Source: Eledone cirrhosa
Lineage: Eukaryota
Reading direction: 5' to 3'
Length of the DNA: 64,000 bases
Assembly (NCBI GenBank): GCA_964016885.1
Contig: OZ024762.1
Location: 20,398,001 to 20,462,000, forward strand
Positions 38,055 to 50,600 of this stretch are shown piece after piece. Under the pieces are notes generated by a model. That model ran no database searches. It worked only from the letters and a program-made list of their open reading frames with translations, and was not told the DNA's origin. A program made the translations under genes and the position numbers. Each line of letters begins with the position of its first letter. Within the stretch, counting starts at the first letter, position 1.

Positions 38055-40020
38055 TTGGTTTGTTGTTGTTGTTGTTCATGCTGTTTTTGTTTACCATTTC
38101 TATTTTGTTGTAAGTGTTGTTGTTGTTGGTGTTGGTGTTGTTGTTGGTGGTGTTGCTGTAGGTGTTGTTGTTGGTGGTGTTGGTGTTGTTGTTGTTGGTG
38201 GTGGTGGTGTTGGTGGTGTTGCTGTTGTTGCTGTTGTTGTTGTTGGTGTTGTTGTTGTTGTTGTTGGTGGTGTTGTTGTTGGTGGTGTTGGTGTTGTTGT
38301 TGTTGGTGGTGGTGTTGTTGTTGGTGGTGGTGGTGTTGCTGTTGTTGCTGTTGTTGTTGTTGGTGTTGTTGGTGTTGTTGTTGTTGTTGGTGGTGTTGTT
38401 GTTGGTGGTGTTGGTGTTGTTGTTGTTGGTGGTGTTGTTGGTGGTGGTGGTGTTGCTGTTGTTGCTGTTGTTGTTGGTGTTGTTGGTGTTGTTGTTGTTG
38501 TTGGTGGTGTTGTTGTTGGTGGTGTTGGTGTTGTTGTTGTTGGTGGTGGTGTTGTTGGTGGTGGTGGTGGTGTTGCTGTTGTTGTTGTTGGTGTTGTTGT
38601 TGGTGTTGTTGTTGGTGTTGTTGTTGTTGTTGGTGGTGTTGTTGTTGGTGGTGTTGGTGTTGTTGTTGGTGGTGGTGTTGTTGGTGGTTTTGTTGTTGGT
38701 GGTGGTGTTGTTGTTGGTGTTGTTGTTGGTGTTGTTGTTGTTGTTGGTGGTGTTGTTGTTGGTGTTGTTGTTGTTGTTGGTGGTGTTGTTGTTGGTGGTG
38801 TTGGTGTTGTTGTTGGTGGTGGTGTTGTTGGTGGTTTTGTTGTTGGTGGTGGTGTTGTTGTTGGTGTTGTTGTTGGTGTTGTTGTTGTTGGTGGTGTTGT
38901 TGTAGGTGTTGTTGGTGTTGTTGTTGTTGGTGGTGGTGTTGTTGGTGGTGGTGGTGGTGTTGCTGTTGTTGTTGTTGGTGTTGTTGTTGGTGTTGTTGTT
39001 GGTGTTGTTGTTGTTGGTGGTGTTGTTGTTGGTGGTGTTGGTGTTGTTGTTGGTGGTGTTGTTGTTGGTGGTGTTGTTGTTGGTGTTGTTGTTGGTGTTG
39101 TTTTTGTCGTTGTTGGTATTGTTGGTGTTGTTGTTGCTGTTGTTGTTGGTGTTGTTGTAGGTGTTGTTGTTGTTGGTGGTTTTGTTGTTGGTGGTGGTGT
39201 TGTTGTTGGTGTTGTTGTTGTTGTTGTTGGTATTGTTGGTGTTGTTGTTGCTGTTGGTGTTGGTGCACTATATGTACTGCAATGGTGTTGGTGCCCTATT
39301 CATACGGTGTTGGTGTTGGTGCACTATATGTACTGCAATGGTGTTGGTGCCCTATTCATACGGTGTTGGTGTCGGTGCACTATATGTACTGCAATGGTGT
39401 TGGTGCACTATATGTACTGCAATGGTGTTGGTGCCCTATTCATACGGTGTTGGTCTTGGTGCACTATATGTACTGCAATGGTGTTGGTGCCCTATACATA
39501 CTGTGTTGGTGTTGGTGCACTATATGTACTGCAATGGTGTTGGTGCACTATACATACTGTGTTGGTGTTGGTGCCCTATACATACTGTGTTGGTGTTGGT
39601 GCACTATATGTATTGCAATGGTGTTGGTGCCCGATACATACTGTGTTGGTGTTGGTGCCCTATACATACTGTGTTGATGCACTATACATACTGTGTTGGC
39701 GTTGGTGCACTATATGTACTGCAATGGTGTTGGTGCCCTATACATACTGTGTTGGTGTTGGTGCACTATATGTACTGCAATGGTGTTGGTGCCCTATACA
39801 TACTGTGTTGGTGTTGGTGCCCTATACATACTGTGTTGGTGTTGGTGCACGATATGTATTGCAATGGTGTTGGTGCCCGATACATACTGTGTTGATGCAC
39901 TATACATACTGTGTTGGTGTTGGTGCACTATATGTACTGCAATGGTGTTGGTGCCCTATACATACTGTGTTGGTGCACTATACATACTGTGTTGGTGTTG
40001 GTGCACTATATGTACTGCAA
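38055..40020. repeat. (GTT/GGT)n array grading into a modular minisatellite (GTGCACTATATGTACTGCAATG / GTGCCCTATACATACTGT)
   Basis: Read directly. Confidence 0.95.
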
Positions 40021-40604
40021 CATTGTGCAATGTTACATCAAGCTGTTTTTACTGTTGTTGCAGCACCTTGTAACGTTTCTTCAGCTCCACTAAATATTCT
40101 CTAACAACATCTACTCTCCATTCCATTATCAATGTAATTGCTTTAACACCTTTTTACTCAGTGTGAAAACATTAGTAGTAGCAGCAGTGGTGGTGGTGGT
40201 GGTGGTGGTGGTGGTGGTGGTGGTGGTGGTGATGGTGATGGTGGTGGTGATGGTGGTGATGGTAGTGGTGGTGGTGGTGATGGTGGTTGTGGTGGTGGTG
40301 CTGGTGGTGGGTGGTGATGGTGGTGATGGTGGTGATGGTGGTGGTGGTGGTGATGGTGGTGGTCGTGGTGGTGGTGGTGATGGTGATGGTGTGGTGGTGG
40401 TGGTGGTGATGGTGATGGTGTGGTGGTGGTGGTGATGGTGGTGGTGATGGTGGTGATGGTGGTGGTGGTTGTGGCAGTGGTGGCAGTTGTGGTGGTGGTA
40501 GTTGGGGTGGTAGTAGTGGTGGTGATAGTGTTGGTGGCAGCATTGGTGGTAGTGGTAGTAGTAGTAATGGTAGTAATAGTAGTGGTAGTAGTATTACTAC
40601 TACC

Positions 40605-40732
40605 AATAATGGGTTCTGATTTAGGCAGAAGGCCAACAATTTTGAGAAAGTTAAATATCAATTAAATCGACCTCAGTGTATTACTGGTACTTTATTTTAT
40701 TGACCCTGTAAGGATGAAAGGAAAAGCTATCT
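40605..40732 (-). mobile_element. Meta-type SINE 3' fragment
   Basis: AATCGACCTCAGTGTATTACTGGTACTTTATTTTATTGACCCTGTAAGGATGAAAGG. Confidence 0.75.
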
Positions 40733-40741
40733 CTACCATGA

Positions 40742-41322
40742 TTGACCAGTGGCTAAACAACAACATACCAGCTCTATACCAGGGCTGACCAGTGGCTAAA
40801 CAACAACAGACCAGCTCTATACCAGGGCTGACCCGTGGCTAAACTACAACAGACCAGCTCTATACCAGGGCTGACCCGTGGCTAAACAACAACAGACCAG
40901 CTCTATACCAGGGCTGACCAGTGGCTAAACAACAACAGACCAGCTCTATACCAGGGCTGACCAGTGGCTAAACTACAACAGACCAGCTCTATACCAGGGC
41001 TGACCAGTGGCTAAACTACAACAGACCAGCTCTATACCAGGGCTGACCAGTGGCTAAACTACAACAGACCAGCTCTATACCAGGGCTGACCAGTGGCTAC
41101 ACAACAACATACCAGCTCTATACCAGGGCTGACCAGTGGCTACACAACAACAACATACCAGCTCTATACCAGGGATGACCAGTGGCTACACAACAACAAC
41201 ATACCAGCTCTATACCAGGACTGACCAGTGGCTAAACAACAGACCAGCTCTATACCAGGGCTGACCCGTGGCTACACAACAACAGACCAGCTGTATACCG
41301 GGACTGACCTGTGGCTAAACAA
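40742..41322. repeat. 43-bp minisatellite, about 13 units
   Basis: Unit GCTGACCAGTGGCTAAACAACAACAGACCAGCTCTATACCAGG. Confidence 0.95.
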
Positions 41323-41534
41323 CATCTATTCTTCATGTGGAAAGCTAAAGAAAGCTATGGGCACTGTCCCTTCACATTACTTATGCAAGAGAAACGAAAT
41401 CTAGAGCTGATTAACACAACATCTCACATAAGATCTTCCCAAAGGGTTTTCTGAGGCATGGAAGAGAAACTGGCCATAAAAACTGACCTAAGCCAATCAG
41501 TGGTGTTGTTGGAAGGCAATTCTCCATGCTAACT

Positions 41535-42590
41535 CACCACAACCACTACACCACACCACCACACCACTCCACCCCACCACCCCACCAACCACAAACCGCA
41601 TCACACTACACCCCACTCCATCAACCACAAACCACATCACTGCACCCCCACCACTACACCCCACCAACCACCACACCGAAAACAAACCACACCACCCCAC
41701 TATACCACACCAACCACAAACCACACCCCACTACACCCCACCAATCCCCCAACCACACTACACCACACCACCAACCACAAACCACACCTCACTACACCCC
41801 ACCAATCCCCCCACCACACTACACCACACCACCAACCACAAACCACACCCCACTACACCCCACCAATCCCCCCACCACACTACACCACACCACCAACCAC
41901 AAACCACACCTCACTACACCCCACCAATCCCCCCACCACACTACACCACACCACACCAACCACAAACCACACCCCACTACACCCCACCAATCCCCCCACC
42001 ACACTACACCACACCACCAACCACAAACCACACCCCACTACACCCCACCAATCCCCCCACCACACTACACCACACCACCAACCACAAACCACACCTCACT
42101 ACACCACACCAATCCCCCCACCACACTACACCACACCACACCAACCACAAACCACACCCCACTACACCCCACCAATCCCCCCACCACACTACACCACACC
42201 ACCAACCACAAACCACACCCCACTACACCCCACCAATCCCCCCACCACACCACCAACCACAAACCACACCCCACTACACCCCACCAATCCCCCCACCACA
42301 CTACACCACACCACCAACCACAAACCACACCTCACTACACCACACCAATCCCCCCACCACACTACACCACACCACCAACCACAAACCACACCTCACTACA
42401 CCCCACCAATCCCCCCACCACACTACACCACACCACAAACCACACCTCGCTACACCCCACCAATCCCCCCACCACACTACACCACACCACCAACCACAAA
42501 CCACACCCCACTACACCCCACCAATCCCCCCACCACACCACACCAATCCCCCCACCAACCACAAACCACACTCCACCCCACCTCACCCCA
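41535..42590. repeat. C/A-rich minisatellite of about 61 bp
   Basis: ACCACCAACCACAAACCACACCCCACTACACCCCACCAATCCCCCCACCACACTACACCAC. Confidence 0.9.
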
Positions 42591-42719
42591 CCACTCCAGT
42601 CCCTCCTCCCTCCAGTCCCACATGTTACCATGTCAATACCTGAAGAATACCAACATGTGATTATTGCAGGGTTCCAAGTTGATATAATTGTCCTCACACC
42701 TTCTAAACTATGAAGGAAT

Positions 42720-43450
42720 GTTGCTGTTGTTGCTGTTGTAGTGGTATTGGTAGTGGTTGTAGTGGTGGTGGTGGTGTTGTAGTGGTAGTGGTTGTAGTGG
42801 TGGAGGTGATGGTGGTGATAGTAGTGGTGGTGGTGGTGATAGTAGTGGTGGTGGTAGTGATAGTAGTGGTGATGGTGGTGGTGGTGATGGTGGTGAGTGA
42901 TAGTAGTGGTGGTGGTGGTGGTGATAGTAGTACTGGTGATAGTAGTGGTGGTGGTGATGGTGGTGATAGAAGTGGTGGTGGTGGTGATAGTAGTGGTGGT
43001 GGTGGTGATAGTAGTGGTGGTGGTGGTGGTGGTGGTGATGGTGGTGATAGTAGTGGTGGTGGTGGTGATAGTAGTGGTGGTGATGGTGGTGATGATAGTA
43101 CTGGTGATAGTAGTGGTGGTGGTGATGGTGGTGATAGAAGTGGTGGTGATAGTACTGGTGGTGGTGGTGGTGGTGGTGATAGTAGTTGTGGTTATAGTAA
43201 TGATGATAGTAGTGGTGGTGGTGGTGGTGGTGATAGTAGTGGTGGTGGTGGTGATAGTAGTGGTAATAGTAGTGGTGGTGGTGGTGATAGTAGTGGTAAT
43301 AGTAGTGGTGGTGATAGTAGTGGTAATAGTGGTGATAGTGGTGATAGTAGTGGTAATAGTAGTGGTGGTGATAGTAGTGGTAATAGTAGTGGTGGTGATG
43401 GTGGTGATAGTAGTGGTAATAGTAGTGGTGGTGGTGGTGGTGGTGGAGGA
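42720..43450. repeat. (GGT/GAT/AGT)n array
   Basis: Read directly. Confidence 0.95.
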
Positions 43451-43654
43451 AGGTGAGAGTCTATAAAAAGTGATAATGTTTCAACAGAAGCGATAATGGT
43501 GATTAGGTTTGGTTTCAAATTGTTTTCTGATGGCTCCTTTTGTTGTAAAGAGGGATGTCAGCCACACGCGCACACACACATATACATACATCCACACACA
43601 CATACATACACATACATGCGCACACACACATTTATATATATATATATATACAGG

Positions 43655-43689
<35 letters not shown>

Positions 43690-43806
43690 GAATAAAGTGA
43701 GTCCTTCATCAGTGATCTTCCAACCATCATTGGTATTTCATCGCTTTAAAGACCATATACCTCTGGTTGGTGCGAGCAACGGCTAAAGAAAGTCGTTGGG
43801 ACACGT

Positions 43807-44251
43807 AAATAAAGGGGACACGAGAGTGTAAACAAACAAAGATGGTGAAGCAACGAAAAGTGAGGAAGAAGAAGTCAAGTCCAAAAATTTCTATGAATAT
43901 AAGTTCGGTGAAATCATGAACGAGAGAGAATAAAGACCATCAAACCTGGTTGAAATGTGAGCAAGGAAGGAATTTCGCACAGGTCTAACGGGAGGAAGAA
44001 GGGGTCTAGTCTGTGAATTCGGTAAACATAAGTTCTGTGATGTTTACCGAATTCACAGACTAGACCCCTTCTTCCTGTGCGAAATTCCTTCCTTGCTCAC
44101 ATTTCAACCAGGTTTGATGGTCTTTATTCTCTCTCGTTCACGATTTCACCGAACTTATATTCATAGAAATTTTTGGACTTGACTTCTTCTTCCTCACTTT
44201 TCGTTGCTTCACCATCTTTGTTTGTTTACACTCTCGCTGTTCCCTTTATTT
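43807..44251. repeat. Near-perfect palindrome, arms about 215 bp, 10-nt loop
   Basis: Arms 43807-44029 and 44040-44251, differing by one indel of about 12 nt and a few substitutions. Confidence 0.95.
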
Positions 44252-44358
44252 TTTGGGTCACATATTCCTCAACTTATTTTCAAATTGTATTAAAAGTAAT
44301 CAAGGATTTTGAGGGATTTGGTAAAGTAACTCACTTTCTTCTTAAAGCCTTATATACT

Positions 44359-46340
44359 CAAAAAGCACCCAGTCCACACTGTAAAGTGATCGTGTAGGAG
44401 ACACTAGAAAAAGCACCCAGTCCACACTGTAAAGTGGTCGTGTAGGAGACACTACAAAAAGCACCCAGTCCACACTGTAAAGTGGTCATGTAGGAGACAC
44501 TACAAAAACCACCCAGTCCACACTGTAAAGTGGTCGTGTAGGAGACAGTACAAAAAGCACCCAGTCCACACTGTAAAGTGGTCATGTAGGAGACACTACA
44601 AAAAGCACCCAGTCCACACTGTAAAGTGGTCGTGTAGGAGACACAGTAAAAAGGCTCCCAGTCCACACTGTAAAGTGGTCGTGTAGGAGACACTACAAAA
44701 AGCACCCAGTCCACACTGTAAAGTGGTCATGTAGGGAACACTACAAAAAGCACCCAGTCCACACTGTAAAGTGGTCATGTAGGAGACACTACAAAAAGCA
44801 CCCAGTCCACACTGTAAAGTGGTCGTGTAGGGGACACTACAAAAAGCACCCAGTCCACACTGTAAAGTGGTCGTGTAGGAGACACAGTAAAAAGGCTCCC
44901 AGTCCACACTGTAAAGTGGTCGTGTAGGGGACACTACAAAAAGCACCCAGTCCACACTGTAAAGTGGTCGTGTAGGAGACACAGTAAAAAGGCTCCCAGT
45001 CCACACTGTAAAGTGGTCGTGTAGGGGACACTACAAAAAGCACCCAGTCCACACTGTAAAGTGGTCGTGTAGGAGACACAGTAAAAAGGCTCCCAGTCCA
45101 CACTGTAAAGTGGTCGTGTAGGGGACACTACAAAAAGCACCCAGTCCACACTGTAAAGTGGTCGTGTAGGAGACACAGTAAAAAGGCTCCCAGTCCACAC
45201 TGTAAAGTGGTCGTGTAGGGGACACTACAAAAAGCACCCAGTCCACACTGTAAAGTGGTCGTGTAGGAGACACAGTAAAAAGGCTCCCAGTCCACACTGT
45301 AAAGTGGTCGTGTAGGAGACACAGTAAAAAGGCTCCCAGTCCACACTGTAAAGTGGTCGTGTAGGGGACACTACAAAAAGCACCCAGTCCACACTGTAAA
45401 GTGGTCGTGTAGGAGACACAGTAAAAAGGCTCCCAGTCCACACTGTAAAGTGGTCGTGTAGGAGACACTACAAAAAGCACCCAGTCCACACTGTAAAGTG
45501 GTCGTGTAGGAGACACAGTAAAAAGGCTCCCAGTCCACACTGTAAAGTGGTCGTGTAGGAGACACTACAAAAAGCACCCAGTCCACACTGTAAAGTGGTC
45601 GTGTAGGAGACACAGTAAAAAGGCTCCCAGTCCACACTGTAAAGTGGTCGTGTAGGAGACACTACAAAAAGCACCCAGTCCACACTGTAAAGTGGTCGTG
45701 TAGGAGACACAGTAAAAAGGCTCCCAGTCCACACTGTAAAGTGGTCGTGTAGGAGACACTACAAAAAGCACCCAGTCCACACTGTAAAGTGGTCGTGTAG
45801 GGGACACTACAAAAAGCACCCAGTCCACACTGTAAAGTGGTCATGTAGGAGACACTACAAAAAGCACCCAGTCCACACTGTAAAGTGGTCGTGTAGGGAA
45901 CACTACAAAAAGCACCCAGTCCACACTGTAAAGTGGTCATGTAGGAGACACTACAAAAAGGCTCCCAGTCCACACTGTAAAGTGGTCATGTAGGAGACAC
46001 TACAAAAAGCACCCAGTCCACACTGTAAAGTGGTCGTGTAGGGGACACAGTAAAAAGGCTCCCAGTCCACACTGTAAAGTGGTCGTGTAGGAGACACAGT
46101 AAAAAGGCTCCCAGTCCACACTGTAAAGTGGTCGTGTAGGGGACACTACAAAAAGCACCCAGTCCACACTGTAAAGTGGTCGTGTAGGAGACAGTAAAAA
46201 GGCTCCCAGTCCACACTGTAAAGTGGTCGTGTAGGGGACACTACAAAAAGCACCCAGTCCACACTGTAAAGTGGTCGTGTAGGAGACAGTAAAAAGGCTC
46301 CCAGTCCACACTGTAAAGTGGTCGTGTAGGAGACAGTAAA
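44359..46340. repeat. 48/49-bp satellite (about 41 units) expanded from the RTE-A/SINE UTR motif
   Basis: Unit AAAAAGCACCCAGTCCACACTGTAAAGTGGTCGTGTAGGAGACACTAC. Runs directly into the element 3' end. Confidence 0.95.
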
Positions 46341-46545
46341 AAGGCTCCCAGTCCACACTGTAAATGTGGTTGGTGTTAGGAAGGGCATCCAGCTGTAGAA
46401 AACCTGCCAGAAACAGTTCTGTACGAACGAGACATGGTCACCCGACCAATCTTGCTTCAAGTGGAACAAACCCATCCCCATCCAACCCATGCTAGTTTGG
46501 AAGATGGACGTTAAACGATGATGATGATGATGATGATGATGATGA
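46340..46545 (+). mobile_element. SINE/RTE-A 3' end
   Basis: GTGGTTGGTGTTAGGAAGGGCATCCAGCTGTAGAAA...GGACGTTAAACG(ATG)n. Confidence 0.85.
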
Positions 46546-46581
46546 CTCAAATATAAGCTGAGGAATATCCTCTTTTTCCTC

Positions 46582-46792
46582 ACCCACTTATTCCTGAGAG
46601 AGTCATGGGGAGAGGGAGGGGGGCAGAGTGCTCAGACACTCCTTCCAGCAGGGTCCAGTCAGAAGCAACTGTCTCCAACTGATCTGGCTGGATCTCTCCA
46701 AGCGAGACCAGCCGAGCTCATAGATCCAGTGGGGTCATTGGGAGATGGTTGCTTCTGACTGGACTTGCTGGGAGGAGTGTTTGAGGACTCTG
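46582..46792. mobile_element. Two RTE-B 3' fragments in opposite orientation
   Basis: 46582-46726 is the reverse complement of about 36712-36840. 46740-46792 matches the same region in sense (GTTGCTTCTG..GGAGTGTTTGAGGACTCTG). Confidence 0.7.
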
Positions 46793-46821
46793 ACACAACA
46801 AGCCTCTGGAAGGAGGGGGGG

Positions 46822-47460
46822 GAGAAGGCAAAGGAGAAGAAGGCAAAGAAGAAGAAGGCAAAAAAGAAAGCAAAGAAGAAGAAAGCAAAGAAGAAGAAGG
46901 CAAAGAAGAAGAAGGCAAAGAAGAAGAAGGCAAAGAAGGAGAAGGCAAAGAAGAAGAAGAAGAAGAAGAAGAAGAAAAAGAAGAAGGCAAAGAAGAAGAA
47001 GGCAAAGAAGAAGAAGGCAAAGAAGAAGAAGGCAAAGAAGAAGAAGAAGAAGAAGAAGAAGAAGAAGAAGAAGAAGAAGGCAAAGAAGAAAGCAAAGAAG
47101 AAGAAGGCAAAGAAGAAGAAGAAGAAGGCAAAGAAGAAGGCAAAGAAGAAGAAGACGAAGGAAAAGAAGAAGAAGACGAAGGAAAAGAAGAAGAAGAAGA
47201 CGAAGGAAAAGAAGAAGAAGACGAAGGAAAAGAAGAAGAAGAAGAAGAAGAAGAAGAAGAAGAAGAAGAAGGCAAAGAAGAAGGCAAAGAAGAAGAAGAA
47301 GAAGAAGAAGAAGACGAAGGAAAAGAAGAAGAAGACGAAGGAAAAGAAGAAGAAGGCAAAGAAGAAGAAGAAGAAGAAGAAGAAGAAGGCAAAGAAGAAG
47401 AAGAAGAAGGCAAAGAAGAAGAAGAAGAAGAAGAAGAAGAAGGCAAAGAAGAAGAAGAAA
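46822..47460. repeat. (GAA)n array punctuated by GGCAAA and GACGAAGGAAAA
   Basis: Read directly. Source of the poly-K/R/F/S ORFs. Confidence 0.95.
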
Positions 47461-47784
47461 TATGGTAAGAAAAGGGTTAAAGGCTGGAAGGAGAAAACCA
47501 TAAATGGTTTAAAATTGCTCAGTTCTGATAATAAATATAGAAAAGATCAGAAGAAAAAGAGGAGGGGGGAGAAGAAAGAGAAGAAGAGAGGGAGAGAAGA
47601 AAGAGAAGGGGAGGGAGAGAGAAGAAAGAGAGGGGGGAGAGCAGAAAGAGAGAGCGGGGAGGGGGTATTTGTGAGTATTTTAAGCCAGATCATCTGATAT
47701 GTCATCAGTCAGTTTTGTCAACAAACGTATGTACATGTGTGTATATATATATATATGTGTGTGTGTATGTGTATATATATAATG

Positions 47785-47815
<31 letters not shown>

Positions 47816-48292
47816 GTGTGTATGTATATATATATATATGTGTGTGTGTGTATGTGTATATATATAATTGTTTCTACTTTTGGCACAAGGCCAGCAATTA
47901 CCCAGTGCATTACTGGTACTTATATATATAATGTATATATATATATATATATATATATGAATGTATGTGTGTGTGTGTATATATAAAGTATGTATATGTA
48001 TAGATATATGTGTGTGTGTATATATAAAGTATATATATGTATATGTATAGATATATGTGTATAGGTATATGTTCGTGTGTGTGTATATATATGTGTATAG
48101 ATAAATGTGTGCGTGTATATACATGTATATATACATGTGTGTGTGTGTATGTATATATATATATATGTGTGTGTGTATAATGTATATATATGTATATGTA
48201 TAGATATATGTGTATAGGTATATGTGTGTGTGTATATATGTGTATAGATAAATATGTGCGTGTATATATATATATGTATATATACATGTGTG

Positions 48293-48341
<49 letters not shown>

Positions 48342-48477
48342 ATAATGTATATATATGTATATGTATAGATATATGTGTGTGTGTATATATATATGTGTAT
48401 AGCTAAATATGTGCGTGTATATACATATGTGTATATATATATGTATATATACATATGTGTGTGTATATATGTGTGTG

Positions 48478-48511
<34 letters not shown>

Positions 48512-48754
48512 TTGATGTGATGCTGTAGCATATATCTTAGGTGAAACAGTGAAAGATAAGAATAATATAATATTCCTGGTCACAAATCCCGAATTACATC
48601 CCCCCTCCCCCTTTACACACATACAGACACACAGACAGACACACACACACAGAAACAGACACACACAGACACACAGACACAAACACAGAAATAGACAGAC
48701 ACACGCAGTCACTATGAACTTCATGATTTTATGTATATAACTGTAACAGCAACA

Positions 48755-48807
<53 letters not shown>

Positions 48808-48811
<4 letters not shown>

Positions 48812-49097
48812 TCATCATATCATCATCAACGTTTAACGTCCGTGTTCCACGCTTGCATGGGTTTGGACGGGGGTAGTCCCACTTGAGGCAAGAGTGATTT
48901 TCTTGCTCGCATAGGACTGTCTGGCAGGTTTTCTACAGTTGGATGCCCTTCCTAACACCAACCACATTTACAGTGTGGGTCTGGGAGGTTTTTACCGTGT
49001 TGCCTACACGGCCACATTACAGCGTGGACTGTGTGTTTTTTTGTCGTGACACCTACACGATCTCATTTGTTTCGGCCTGGATGGTGTGGCACCAACA
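48808..49097 (-). mobile_element. SINE/RTE 3'-end subfamily copy in (TA)n
   Basis: Near-exact reverse complement of 8938-9230. Confidence 0.85.
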
Positions 49098-49207
49098 TAT
49101 ATATATATATATATATAACAAAGGAGTTGTGGTAAGGAACCAGATGGACCATCAAAACGGCTTGAGCTCTGCCATCGGGGTCATACATTTTCCTATATAT
49201 ATATATA

Positions 49208-49628
49208 TATATTGTTATACTTGGGGAGGGTCATATTTGTGTAATAATATTGCCAGAATTAATAACAGAACACACTCACTGTTTGGTTGGTTTTCGTTTC
49301 TGTGTCTTTTATATCGGTTAATTTAATTTATTCGGTCCTCAATGTTACCATTGACTGACCAACTGTTGTATTTTACAACAGGAGGAAACATAATAGCACC
49401 ACTGATGATGTTGCAGATGTGCAACGAAAGAACTCTGTTAGACTATATATATATATATGTGTTTGTGTCTATATTGTATCTGTATTTTTGACCATTGGTC
49501 AGTCAATGGTAACATTGAGGACCGAATAAATTAAATTAACTGATATAAAAGACACAGAGGCGAAAACCAAGCAAACAGTGAGTGTGTTCTGTTATTAATT
49601 CTGGCAATATTATTACACAAATATGACG
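49208..49628. mobile_element. Family-X-related cassette: inverted arms of about 130 bp enclosing an HHR motif
   Basis: Arms about 49229-49361 and 49494-49628. Confidence 0.65.
49398..49439 (+). ncRNA. Minimal hammerhead motif
   Basis: acca CTGATGA t gttgca gatg tgcaac GAAA gaac TC tgtt. Perfect 6-bp stem II, weak stems I and III. Confidence 0.55.
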
Positions 49629-49983
49629 GGTGAACTGCTTTACGTTGAGTACTCTCCATATTATTACATTAAGATTGAGCATACGGAATTGACCAGCTCT
49701 ATCCAGTGGTGAACCTTCAAACCTCAATAAATATATATATATTATATATACAAATATAAATTAGCGAGAATCGTATTTCAGCTATTGGAAATTAGCGAAA
49801 AACAACTTCCGAGATGTGTGGCAAGCGCTCAATGAATTCTAACGAACCAGAGCTACAACATACGTTAAAAGGCCAAACACACTGAGACGATGGTTAAACC
49901 ATTATCCGCACAGCCATAGAAACGACCAAGTAATTCGGTTCAAACAAATAAAAAAATGTGATAATATATATATATATATATAT

Positions 49984-50446
49984 ATTACTAACAGACACAT
50001 GTATACCTGCACGTAGATTTATACATTGGTGACTCACACATATACATATAATTTAACATCCTGTTTCATAGAACATATGATCTGTACTTATTCCTGAACC
50101 ACTGACCTCCCAGATATACCAGAAGGGAGGGGGGGGGGGGGCTTGCTTACATCTGTCCTTGTGTCCTACAATGTCTAAAACATCTCAAGTCTGTTGATGC
50201 TTATCCCAGTTTCCATGGTGTTAAGCAACTGAGATTTAAAGACTCCTCCCTGGACAGGACGCCAGTCCATTGCATGGTTAAACCCTCAGCTACTGCTGGT
50301 ACTCGGTATACTGGAGCAATGGGGAAATGAAGTGTCTTTCTCAAGAACACACCACACAATCCAGTTCAGGAATTGAACCCACAATGTAAGTCCAACACCC
50401 TTACTACTAGGGTACACAAGACTCCTCTCTGGACAGGACGCCAGTC
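49984..50446. repeat. Left arm of an inverted duplication of about 460 bp
   Basis: Reverse complement of 52186-52642, including non-SINE sequence. Confidence 0.9.
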
Positions 50447-50600
50447 CATCTCAGGGTTAAACCCCCAGCTATTGCTGGTACTTATTTTCAGCTGAGTATA
50501 CTAGAGCAACATGAAATGAAGTGTTTTGCTCAAGAACACAACACAGACCCCAGTTCAGGAATCAAACCCACAGCGTTATGATCGTAAGTCCAACACATTT
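50195..50600 (-). mobile_element. Tandem dimer of a second CORE-type SINE
   Basis: Minus strand: GGGTTCAATTCCTG..TTCTTGAGAAAGACACTTC..AACCATGCAATGGACTGGCGTCCTGTCCAGGG..GGAAACTGGGATAAGC. Confidence 0.75.

Noticed and set aside
46765-47697. Histone H1/protamine-like lysine-rich protein
   Set aside because: It starts in an RTE fragment and is a GAA array with no globular domain.
47670-47715. Minus-strand CTGATGA hammerhead candidate
   Set aside because: No GAAA, and stems I and III are unconvincing.
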